A stretch of DNA of 64,000 bases, taken from Nitrospira sp. GTDB lineage: Bacteria; Nitrospirota; Nitrospiria; Nitrospirales; Nitrospiraceae. The position numbers were made by a program, and so were the translations under genes. Below the pieces are notes generated by a model. That model worked only from the letters and a program-made list of their open reading frames with translations, did not search any database and was not told where the DNA came from. Location: NCBI GenBank assembly GCA_047150005.1, contig AP038806.1:1920001-1984000 (forward strand), read 5' to 3'. This document shows positions 9,074 to 17,033 of the stretch, one piece after another; positions within the stretch are counted from its first letter, which is position 1; each line of letters starts with the position of its first letter.

Positions 9074-9790
9074 TTGCGGTGGAATTGCCGGTCTCCGTGC
9101 GAAGTTCGCCGAGATGGTGTTGGACAGACAAAGGTAGCGCCGGGCTTTCTTTTGGAAGACGTAGCCTTACTTCAAGCCCTTCGCAAAGGCGATGAAACTG
9201 CTTTTGCTCAGTTGATGGATCGCTACCACGCCTCCCTCCTGCGTCTTGCGATCACCTTTGTGTCTAGTCATGCAGTGGCAGAGGAAGTGGTGCAGGAGAC
9301 GTGGATCGGTGTATTAGAAGGCATCGGTCGATTTGAGGAACGCTCATCACTCAAGACCTGGATTTTCCGTATCCTGACCAACCAGGCAAAGACCAGGGGC
9401 ATGCGTGAACGCCGACATGCGCCGTCGTCACCTCTAGAATATTCGACGGACGAGTCCGAAACCCCGGCCGCGGACCCCTCTCGCTTTCATACTACAGGAT
9501 ATTGGATCGATCATTGGAAGTCTCTCCCCCGCTACTGGGATGATGAAACTCCCGAGAGACTCTTTTTATCCAAAGAAGGGCTTGCACAGATCGAGAAGGC
9601 CATTAGTGCCCTGCCCCAGACACAACGGCAGGTCATCACGCTCCGAGACATGGAGGGGTTAACCGCAGTGGAAGTCTGTAACATTCTGTCGATCGGTGAG
9701 ACTCATCAACGAGTGCTGCTTCATCGTGCGCGGTCCCATGTCCGACGTGCCCTCGAGAAGTACCTCGATCAAGGTGACGCGCAGTCATGA
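9074..9790 (+). CDS. ECF sigma factor (sigma-70 family)
   Basis: AEEVVQETW and FEERSSLKTWIFRI (region 2); LPQTQRQVITLRDMEG...RVLLHRAR (region 4). Start codon uncertain. Confidence 0.9.
   Translation: MRWNCRSPCEVRRDGVGQTKVAPGFLLEDVALLQALRKGDETAFAQLMDRYHASLLRLAITFVSSHAVAEEVVQETWIGVLEGIGRFEERSSLKTWIFRILTNQAKTRGMRERRHAPSSPLEYSTDESETPAADPSRFHTTGYWIDHWKSLPRYWDDETPERLFLSKEGLAQIEKAISALPQTQRQVITLRDMEGLTAVEVCNILSIGETHQRVLLHRARSHVRRALEKYLDQGDAQS
9673..9703 (+). promoter_or_regulatory. Candidate ECF promoter inside the sigma gene, upstream of the anti-sigma gene
   Basis: AGTCTGTAAC-N15-GAGACT, identical in motif and spacing to 10076-10106. Confidence 0.45.
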
Positions 9791-10077
9791 CCCACGACGA
9801 CTTCAAGAACCGCATGATTGACTATCTCGCGGGTCAGCTCACCTGTAAGGCGGTCACCGAAGCCATCACTGACTACCTCGAAGGGAACTTGGGCTTGATG
9901 GACCGTCTACGGTTCCAGATGCACCTGGGTATGTGCCGGGGGTGCCGACGATATCTTCGTCAGATGCGACTGACGCTTCGCGCCGTTGGCACTGTGCCGA
10001 AAGACCCTATCCCGCCCGCTGTCCGCGATGAACTCCTGGAGCGATTCCGGACCTGGAAAGCCCGGTCTCAAACTTAG
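9787..10077 (+). CDS. Soluble zinc-finger (zf-HC2/ZAS) anti-sigma factor
   Basis: LTC...DYLEG...HLGMCRGC (HxxxCxxC); ATGA overlap with the sigma gene; no TM helix. Confidence 0.88.
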   Translation: MTHDDFKNRMIDYLAGQLTCKAVTEAITDYLEGNLGLMDRLRFQMHLGMCRGCRRYLRQMRLTLRAVGTVPKDPIPPAVRDELLERFRTWKARSQT

Positions 10078-10106
10078 TCTGTAACGAAATCGAATATGGG
10101 GAGACT
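10076..10106 (+). promoter_or_regulatory. Candidate ECF promoter of cld
   Basis: TGTAAC (-35) and GAGACT (-10) about 45 nt upstream of the cld ATG; the AAC in the -35 is typical of ECF promoters. Confidence 0.6.
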
Positions 10107-10151
10107 ATAGCCCAAAGAACCTTGATCCCTGTTCGACAAAAGGAGGCACTC

Positions 10152-10946
10152 ATGAGGAGTAGAGGTTGGCTCGCTGTTGTCATGGTCGGGCTGTTGGCTT
10201 GGTCGGATGCGGATGCAGTTCAGGCTGCGGCAGATCGAGAGAAGCTGCTCAAAGATCCCGGCGTCTCTGGGACGTTCGCTGTATTCAAGATAGACGGAGA
10301 TTGGTGGAAGCTAGATAAGGCGGCGAGAGGGGCGGCCGCGGCAGAAGTGAAGGCCATTTTCCAGAAACATGCCGACACCGTCACGGCCGATACCTATCTG
10401 CTTCGCGGGCTTTCTGAGAAAGCGGACTTCTTCGTCCGGCTTCATTCTATGGAAATGCTCAACAACCAGACCTTCCTCGTGGACTTGATGGGGTCAACGT
10501 TCGGAAAGTATCTACAAAACACCAATACGTTTAACGGCCTTACCAAAACGGCCAATTATGTGCCGGCCTTTCCGGATGACCTGAAAGAAGCGATGAAGAC
10601 CGCACCTGATCCCGGTCCTAAGTTTTATGTCGTCGTGGTACCGATCCGAAAGGACGCGGAATGGTGGATCACGGCGCAGGATGGACGGGGCACTATGATG
10701 AAAGAGCACGCAGATGCGACTGTGACCTACCTCAAGACAGTCAAACGTAAGCTCTATCACTCGAGCGGCTTAGACGACCTCGACTTCATCACGTATTTCG
10801 AAACCGCCAAACTGGACGATTTCAACAACTTGGTGATTGGACTTCAGCGGGTCAAAGAGAATCGTCACAACAAGCAGTTCGGGGACCCGACGCTGCTGGG
10901 CACCATCCATTCGCTGGATGAAATCCTGGAGATTTTTTCACGGTAA
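10152..10946 (+). CDS. cld: Chlorite dismutase, long periplasmic (clade 1) type
   Basis: Signal peptide, then ADREKLL; PIRKDAEWW, proximal His (KEH), distal Arg (VKRKLYHS), DFITYFET, VKE and PTLLGT, as I recall for Nitrospira defluvii Cld. AGGAGG RBS. Confidence 0.92.
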   Translation: MRSRGWLAVVMVGLLAWSDADAVQAAADREKLLKDPGVSGTFAVFKIDGDWWKLDKAARGAAAAEVKAIFQKHADTVTADTYLLRGLSEKADFFVRLHSMEMLNNQTFLVDLMGSTFGKYLQNTNTFNGLTKTANYVPAFPDDLKEAMKTAPDPGPKFYVVVVPIRKDAEWWITAQDGRGTMMKEHADATVTYLKTVKRKLYHSSGLDDLDFITYFETAKLDDFNNLVIGLQRVKENRHNKQFGDPTLLGTIHSLDEILEIFSR

Positions 10947-11056
10947 GCATAGCTCTAAGCCTTGGGCAGCTGGGACAATAACCGTAAATTCGTTTGGCAG
11001 CAGGGTGGTCAACTGGGTAAACCCTTGTGCTCAACGACTCTACGGGAAGGGCTTGA

Positions 11057-12019
11057 TCAGTCACGTGCGCGTAGCTCGCGTACACCGCGGCCGATCTTGC
11101 GACGGATGAGTGTGCGTAGCGTCACTCCATCTGCGTAGCCAACCTGAGCGGCAATCTGATCAACACTGGCCGTACTCGTTTGTAGCAGATGCACTGCATG
11201 CTCGACGCGAAGATCCTGAACGTACGCGAGCGGGGACTTGCCCAGCACGGATTGCAGGCGACGCGCTAGGGTACGTTCGCTTGTCACGACTGCGCGAGCC
11301 GCTTCGCTGAGCGAAAAACCGACAGCCAGCTGGCGCCGTGCCCACCGCTCGAACCGTTCGACTAGCGGGTCTGAGTGCGCAAAATGGTCAGGAATTGCGA
11401 ATGCCGCCTGCGATGGCCGTGGCTCAACCACCAGGTAGCGGGCCGTAAGGGCCGCCAGCGCCGGGCTTTTCCGACGCACCAACCACAACGCCAGATCGAG
11501 GTGGGCCAGCGCGGCGCCGGCGGTGACGAAGCGGGATGAACTCACGAGCATCCGCGAGTCGTCTAGCAAGACATGCGGGTACCGTTCACGAAAGAACGGG
11601 GCGAGCCACCAGGATGTTGTCCCATGCTGGCCATTGAGCAGCAAGGTGCCAGCAAGGACAAACGTGCCCGTGCATGCCGCGCCCACCAGTGTGCCGCTGC
11701 CAGACCAGCGACGAAGGAGCGCTTGTGCGTCCTTCACGTCTCGCCGTTCAAGCGCAAGTCGCAGGGGTTCAGGCATCTTTGCCCCGAGCGCTGGCACGAG
11801 GGCGACATCTGGACGCGTAAGTCTTGTAGCCGACCGTATAGGCACCACCAACCCTTGACTGGTGTGTACGCGGGAACGGACACCCACGATCGTCACATCA
11901 AAACGTGTCGACGGTGTCCCAGCGGATTCTGCGAGGTCGTTCGCCGTGCCGAAGGTATCGAGAAGAGTGGATAAGCCGGTGTCGAAGACCTCATTCAGCG
12001 CGAAAACATAAATTCGCAT
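11057..12019 (-). CDS. GlxA-family transcriptional regulator (DJ-1/PfpI + AraC HTH)
   Basis: AACTGTFVLA, TTSWW and TAGAALAHLDLAL motifs; C-terminal SERTLARR...IAAQVGYAD. Confidence 0.9.
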   Translation of the reverse strand: MRIYVFALNEVFDTGLSTLLDTFGTANDLAESAGTPSTRFDVTIVGVRSRVHTSQGLVVPIRSATRLTRPDVALVPALGAKMPEPLRLALERRDVKDAQALLRRWSGSGTLVGAACTGTFVLAGTLLLNGQHGTTSWWLAPFFRERYPHVLLDDSRMLVSSSRFVTAGAALAHLDLALWLVRRKSPALAALTARYLVVEPRPSQAAFAIPDHFAHSDPLVERFERWARRQLAVGFSLSEAARAVVTSERTLARRLQSVLGKSPLAYVQDLRVEHAVHLLQTSTASVDQIAAQVGYADGVTLRTLIRRKIGRGVRELRARD

Positions 12020-12122
12020 GGCGAGAACTGTAGCATAATTGTCATTCTTGCCACTAGTGCCAATTGGTATCCATCGCTAGAATACGCCTCACTCTGTTCA
12101 ACCTCTGAAAGGAGAAAGCACC

Positions 12123-12425
12123 ATGGTACGAGTTGCTCTGTTCGTGCGATTGAAAGCCAAGCCAGGGAAGGAAGCGGATGTCGCACGATTTCTCGAAAGC
12201 GGCCTCACTCTGGCGAATCAGGAAGCCACGACGCCGATCTGGTTCGCACTGCAGTTGGGGCCGGCGACGTTTGGCATCTTCGATGCCTTTGCTGATGAAG
12301 CAGGCCGCAAGGCACATTTGGCTGGCCCGATCGCGGCAGCATTGATGGCCAAGGCATCCGAGTTGCTTGCTGAACCACCACAGATCGAGCAAGTCGACGT
12401 GCTCGGCGCGAAGATCTCGCACTGA
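12123..12425 (+). CDS. ABM-family (putative quinol monooxygenase) protein
   Basis: LKAKPGKE, FGIFDAFADEAGRKAHL; AAGGAG RBS; divergent from the AraC gene. Confidence 0.85.
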   Translation: MVRVALFVRLKAKPGKEADVARFLESGLTLANQEATTPIWFALQLGPATFGIFDAFADEAGRKAHLAGPIAAALMAKASELLAEPPQIEQVDVLGAKISH

Positions 12426-13125
12426 GGTCTGGTAAGGAGAGGAGTTCAGTTTGGTCGGTGTGAGGAGATTGTTTGCCGATTTGCCATGAGCGGCAGCCAG
12501 CAGTTTCCGGAGGCTGCCGCTCGACTTATGGCAAGATATTGGTGGACAAGACCGGCTGTCTGGAAGCCCGTCAAAAGCGTTGCGAAGAACGAGGCGTCAT
12601 TCTATGGATATGGTTGAGCTGAATTTGTGCTGAAAGCTATCGCAATTGGAGGAAACCATTGGAAGCGATAGAATACTTGGAATCTTCTCAAGACTGCGAA
12701 TTCATATGAAAAACGGGGAAACCATTTGAAACACCGAGCCTTTTTTTAAAAACGCCTTGGTCACATTCCTAAACCGCGGGTCGTACGTTCCATTCGTATT
12801 GAGGGCACCATTCTTCTTCATCAATTTGCTGGGCTGGCTTCAGCCACGGCACCTGCTCCCTCAGAAAATATTTTCGATCATCCCTGCAGTTCCTCGGATC
12901 TCGTCCGAGTCCGTCCGCTCCGGATCGTCTATAAGCCATACCAGGAGCGGCTTATCATGATTTGATCGCACCACCGGTGCGTCCGGTGACCGAATACCTC
13001 CTGCATACTCGTGTCCCTTCCGGACCACTCCTGACCTCTTCTCCCTAATGTTCTTTCCTCTCCCAGTTCGCTACCTTCAGCACTACCGGCAGGCAGGGCG
13101 GGTGGTCCAGGGAAGGAGGGCGAAC

Positions 13126-13437
13126 ATGAAGAAGACAACAGACGACGGTCGTGTCTCAATTCGAGAATTGGCCGCGCTGCTGCAGGTCAGTACCGACACC
13201 ATCCGGCGGGCATACCGAAAAGGTGAGATTCCGGCAACTCGTGTGCGAACCGCGCTCCGGTTCGACCTCGACGAAGTGCTTCGCTCTCTGCGACGCAATG
13301 CCGAAGTCCGCCATGGCAGGAACCCCGGCGCGCCGGGCGGCGAGAGCCGGCCGCGCGCAGGGGACACCAGCCCCCGGACTGGTAACACGGGGGCACTACC
13401 CACAGGACTCGTTACAGGAGGTCTACCGATTCGATGA
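13126..13437 (+). CDS. Excisionase-like HTH DNA-binding protein
   Basis: SIRELAALLQVSTDTIRRAYRKGEIPA..RFDLDEV; AAGGAGG RBS; ATGA overlap with rep. Confidence 0.8.
   Translation: MKKTTDDGRVSIRELAALLQVSTDTIRRAYRKGEIPATRVRTALRFDLDEVLRSLRRNAEVRHGRNPGAPGGESRPRAGDTSPRTGNTGALPTGLVTGGLPIR
13370..13394 (+). other. Candidate double-strand origin / oriT nick hairpin
   Basis: GCCCCCG-GACTGGTAACA-CGGGGGC inverted repeat 40 nt upstream of rep. It resembles the C-run/TAACA/G-run nick sites of Rep_trans/MOBT elements. Confidence 0.7.
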
Positions 13438-14483
13438 GCTCCCCCTTTACCCTGACCATTGATTGGCTCGCCTTCACTCTGCCGTCGGGCTCTGTCACAG
13501 CCACGATGGAGCGGCTCGGAGGCGACTGGACCAAAAGCCAAACCGGCTTTCGCGGCTATCCCGCCTCCTGGATCACCACGAGTGCCAGCCGAGGGGTGGG
13601 CAAACTGGGCACGGGTGCGACGCGTGCGCCCCTCGAAATTCATGTCGATCTCTCCGCCGGCATTGTCGCCCCGTGGTCATCTGGAAAGGTCCGCACGGTC
13701 CTTCAATGGATCTTGACGCAACAGGGCCATCTAACGCGCCTCGATTGTGCGTTCGACGATCGGAACAGCTGTGTGCCTCTCGCGACGATCAGGGAAGCCA
13801 TGGAAGCCGGTCAGTGTGTGACGCGGGCGGACCACCTACAGCGCATCTCGTCCAGGTCCCTCCATCACGACACGCCCAGCGGAGAGACGCTCTATCTCGG
13901 CAGTCCTCAGAGTCACACCCTGCTGCGCATCTATGACAAGCGCCTGGAGAGTCAGGCGAAGCAGCGAGAGGAGTGGCAGGAGTACGGCATCCGGTGGGAG
14001 TTGGAGTTGAAGAAAGATCGCGCCCAAGTCTGTGGACAGGTCCTGTCCTACCTGGAGGAACCCGACTGGCTCGAATTCATGGTGGGGGTGCTCCGAGGCT
14101 ATGTCGATTTCCGAGCCACGAGCCGCGACGAGGACGACGAGTTTCGGTATCGGGCTCCCTTACTGGACTGGTGGCTGCTCCTCACCGATGGATTCAAGAA
14201 AGGCCGTCTCGTGGTGGAGAAAGAGGCCCGGACCCTTCCCAAGGTGAAGCGCTGGGTGAGTCAGTCCGTCGCGCCGATGTTGGCCGTCATCTATGAGGCA
14301 GATCCCAGTGGGCAGGCGTGGTTAGCGCGGCAAATCCGTGCGGGCAAGCGCCGATGGAAAGACAAACATCGGGGACTCCTGCAGAACGAGAACCAATCGA
14401 CTTCTAAGAAAGACGCCGGTGGTGACACGGGCGGACCAGACAGGGGGGTGCGGGGGTGTCGTCAGACGCCCCCGACTTCTTGA
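13434..14483 (+). CDS. Rep_trans-family replication initiator / MOBT-like relaxase
   Basis: IDWLAFT, LTRLDCAFDD, TLYLGS, LRIYDK (catalytic Tyr) and RWELELK motifs. Confidence 0.9.
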   Translation: MSSPFTLTIDWLAFTLPSGSVTATMERLGGDWTKSQTGFRGYPASWITTSASRGVGKLGTGATRAPLEIHVDLSAGIVAPWSSGKVRTVLQWILTQQGHLTRLDCAFDDRNSCVPLATIREAMEAGQCVTRADHLQRISSRSLHHDTPSGETLYLGSPQSHTLLRIYDKRLESQAKQREEWQEYGIRWELELKKDRAQVCGQVLSYLEEPDWLEFMVGVLRGYVDFRATSRDEDDEFRYRAPLLDWWLLLTDGFKKGRLVVEKEARTLPKVKRWVSQSVAPMLAVIYEADPSGQAWLARQIRAGKRRWKDKHRGLLQNENQSTSKKDAGGDTGGPDRGVRGCRQTPPTS

Positions 14484-14495
14484 GAAGGTAAGATC

Positions 14496-14792
14496 ATGCT
14501 CCTCACCGTGAAAGAGCTCTCGACCTGGCTCAATATCAAGCAGTCGACGCTGTACCTCTGGGCGGCGCAAGGAAAGATTCCTTGTCGGAAGATTCATGGA
14601 TTGATCCGGTTTGACCCGGAAGCCATCACCGCCTGGCTGCAGTCATTTGAGCCAAGCCAGACCGCGGCGGTGTTACCAGTACACCGCCAAACACCCCGCG
14701 ACCTGGATCAACTGATTGAAGCAGCAAAACGCCAGGTCTATACTCCCGCCTGCGAGAAACCAGACGAGATCAGGGCCAAGCAAGGAGGTTAA
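14496..14792 (+). CDS. Excisionase / HTH DNA-binding protein
   Basis: LLTVKELSTWLNIKQSTLYLWAAQGKIPC..IRFD; directly upstream of the integrase. Confidence 0.85.
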   Translation: MLLTVKELSTWLNIKQSTLYLWAAQGKIPCRKIHGLIRFDPEAITAWLQSFEPSQTAAVLPVHRQTPRDLDQLIEAAKRQVYTPACEKPDEIRAKQGG

Positions 14793-15892
14793 TGATGGCT
14801 CTGTTTCGGCGAGGCCGCGTCTGGTGGATGGGTTTTCCCTATGAAGGGAAACAGATCAGGAGATCCACGGAGGTCACGGATAAGAAGCTGGCGGAGAAGA
14901 TTTATCACAAGGTGATGGTCCAAATTGCTGAAGGCAAGTGGTATCCGCCTGAAGCAGGGGCAGACAAGACCGTGAAAGAACTCTTGGAGCGATATCTCAG
15001 AGATCATTCGGCTTGCAATAGAGCCCCCACGACACACAGATGTGACAAGTCTCGTGTTCAGGCACTGATCCGGGTCTTCGGGGATTTGACGTTGAAGGAA
15101 GTGCGACCGTCTCTTTTAGCAGCGCATAAAGCGAAGCGACGGGCTGACGGTGCGGCGGCTAAGACGATCAACAATGAACTGACGCTCTTAGGCCATGCCT
15201 TTCAGCTTGCGGTGAAGGAATGGGAATGGGTGGCGGACAATCCGGTGCAACGGGTCTCGAAAGAGAAAGTGCGGAATCTGATTGAGCGATGGCTGACCGC
15301 AGAAGAAGAACAGCGTCTCTTAGCGGCCTCTCCTGTATGGCTACAAGAGATCATTCTCTTCGCGGTCAATACCGGACTCCGGCAGAGTGAAATTCTGAAC
15401 CTCCAATGGTGCAATGTGGATCTGTTCAGGAGAACTATTACGCTGCTGGAACAAAAGAACGGAGGCAGAGATACGCTTCCAGTGAATGCAAAGACGCTGG
15501 AGGTACTCAAAGCCAGGGCGAAAGTCCGATCGCTCAAGACCGATTATGTCTTCTTCAACGGGGCCGGGAACCGAATGGATGCGCGGGATCTCCTGCGCGT
15601 CTTTTATCCAGCCATGAGAAAGGCAGATGTGAAACGATTCCGGTTTCATGATCTGCGCCATACCTTTGCCACTCGACTCGTGCAAGCCGGCGCCGACATC
15701 TACACCGTGCAAAAGCTTGGACGGTGGAAAACCATTTCTATGGTGATGCGATATGCGCACCATCATCCGGAAAGTTTACGCGCTGGTATTGAGATTCTTG
15801 ATCGTGTTCCGGCGGGAATTAGCACAGTTTTAGCACAATCGGCTAATTTCACTGTGTCGGAAGCCGGGAGGGAATCGGTTGTAAGCTGTTGA
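14792..15892 (+). CDS. Tyrosine integrase
   Basis: N-terminal arm-binding-like domain; TGLRQSEI, K (QKNG), FHDLRHTFA and LGRWKTISMVMRY (Trp where His is usual). Ends 17 nt from the tRNA 3' end. Confidence 0.95.
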   Translation: MMALFRRGRVWWMGFPYEGKQIRRSTEVTDKKLAEKIYHKVMVQIAEGKWYPPEAGADKTVKELLERYLRDHSACNRAPTTHRCDKSRVQALIRVFGDLTLKEVRPSLLAAHKAKRRADGAAAKTINNELTLLGHAFQLAVKEWEWVADNPVQRVSKEKVRNLIERWLTAEEEQRLLAASPVWLQEIILFAVNTGLRQSEILNLQWCNVDLFRRTITLLEQKNGGRDTLPVNAKTLEVLKARAKVRSLKTDYVFFNGAGNRMDARDLLRVFYPAMRKADVKRFRFHDLRHTFATRLVQAGADIYTVQKLGRWKTISMVMRYAHHHPESLRAGIEILDRVPAGISTVLAQSANFTVSEAGRESVVSC

Positions 15893-15909
15893 AGGAAAAG
15901 AGAGAAGGT

Positions 15910-15986
<77 letters not shown>

Positions 15987-16074
15987 CGCGGAATCTAACA
16001 AAGCGTCGAACGGCAAGTCAAGCAAAGGTCGAGTGCCGGTTGCATTCTCAGGAAGCAGGTGCTAAAGCGGGAGC

Positions 16075-17031
16075 ATGCGCGTCATTTTCATGGGCACACC
16101 GGATTTCGCCGTTCCGTCTCTGGAAGCGATCCTGAATTCCGACGACGAAGTCGTCGGAGTGGTCACGCAACCCGATCGACCAAAGGGCCGTGGGCAGACG
16201 CTGGTGTTCTCGCCCGTGAAGGATCTTGCCTTGCGGCGGCAGATTCCCATTTTGCAGCCGACCAAGATGAGGGATCCGGATTTTTTGGCGGCCTTGCGTG
16301 GATGGAATTCCGACATCATCGCCGTGGCGGCGTTCGGCCGCATCCTTCCTCCGTCGATTCTTTCCCTTCCCCGGAACGGATGCGTGAACGTACACGGCTC
16401 GCTGCTGCCGCGTTATCGCGGGGCGGCTCCCATTCAATGGGCAGTCATCAACGGTGAAACTGAAACCGGTATTACGACGATGCTGATGGACGAGGGCATG
16501 GACACCGGAGCGATCCTACTGCAGGAACGTCTAGCCATTGAGCCGCAGGACACGGCCGGGAGCCTGTCGGTCCGCATGGCCGCACTGGGCGGAGGGATGC
16601 TCATCGAGACATTGAAGCGCTTGAAAGCCGGGACGCTCACGTCGAGGCGACAGGATGATAACCAGGCGACACTCGCTCCGATGCTGAAGAAAGAGGATGG
16701 GCTCGTCGATTGGAGCCTCTCCGCCCCCGCGCTTGCCAACAGGATTCGCGGGTTAACCCCCTGGCCCGGCGCCTACACGTTTGTGCACGATGATCGCTGG
16801 GTCCTGTGGAACGCGGCGGCATCCAGCGAACCGACGTCTGCAGCACCGGGCACGATCGTCAACGTGTCCAAGCAAGCGCTTCGCATTGCAACCGGCGAAG
16901 GGCTGCTGGCGGTCACCGAGCTTCAGGTCGCCAACAGCCGCCGGATGACGGTGTCGCAGTACCTCGCGGGCCATGCTATCCAACCAGGCCTGCGTCTGGG
17001 GCCTCCGTCACCGGTTAGCCCCGGTCCCTAG
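16075..17031 (+). CDS. fmt: Methionyl-tRNA formyltransferase
   Basis: FMGTPDFA, VVTQPDRP, NVHGSLLPRYRGAAPI. Confidence 0.97.
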   Translation: MRVIFMGTPDFAVPSLEAILNSDDEVVGVVTQPDRPKGRGQTLVFSPVKDLALRRQIPILQPTKMRDPDFLAALRGWNSDIIAVAAFGRILPPSILSLPRNGCVNVHGSLLPRYRGAAPIQWAVINGETETGITTMLMDEGMDTGAILLQERLAIEPQDTAGSLSVRMAALGGGMLIETLKRLKAGTLTSRRQDDNQATLAPMLKKEDGLVDWSLSAPALANRIRGLTPWPGAYTFVHDDRWVLWNAAASSEPTSAAPGTIVNVSKQALRIATGEGLLAVTELQVANSRRMTVSQYLAGHAIQPGLRLGPPSPVSPGP

Positions 17032-17033
17032 AC

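Noticed and set aside
12481..12534. Integron attC site after the ABM gene
   Set aside because: There are no RYYYAAC/GTTRRRY core ends and the integrase is not IntI-like.
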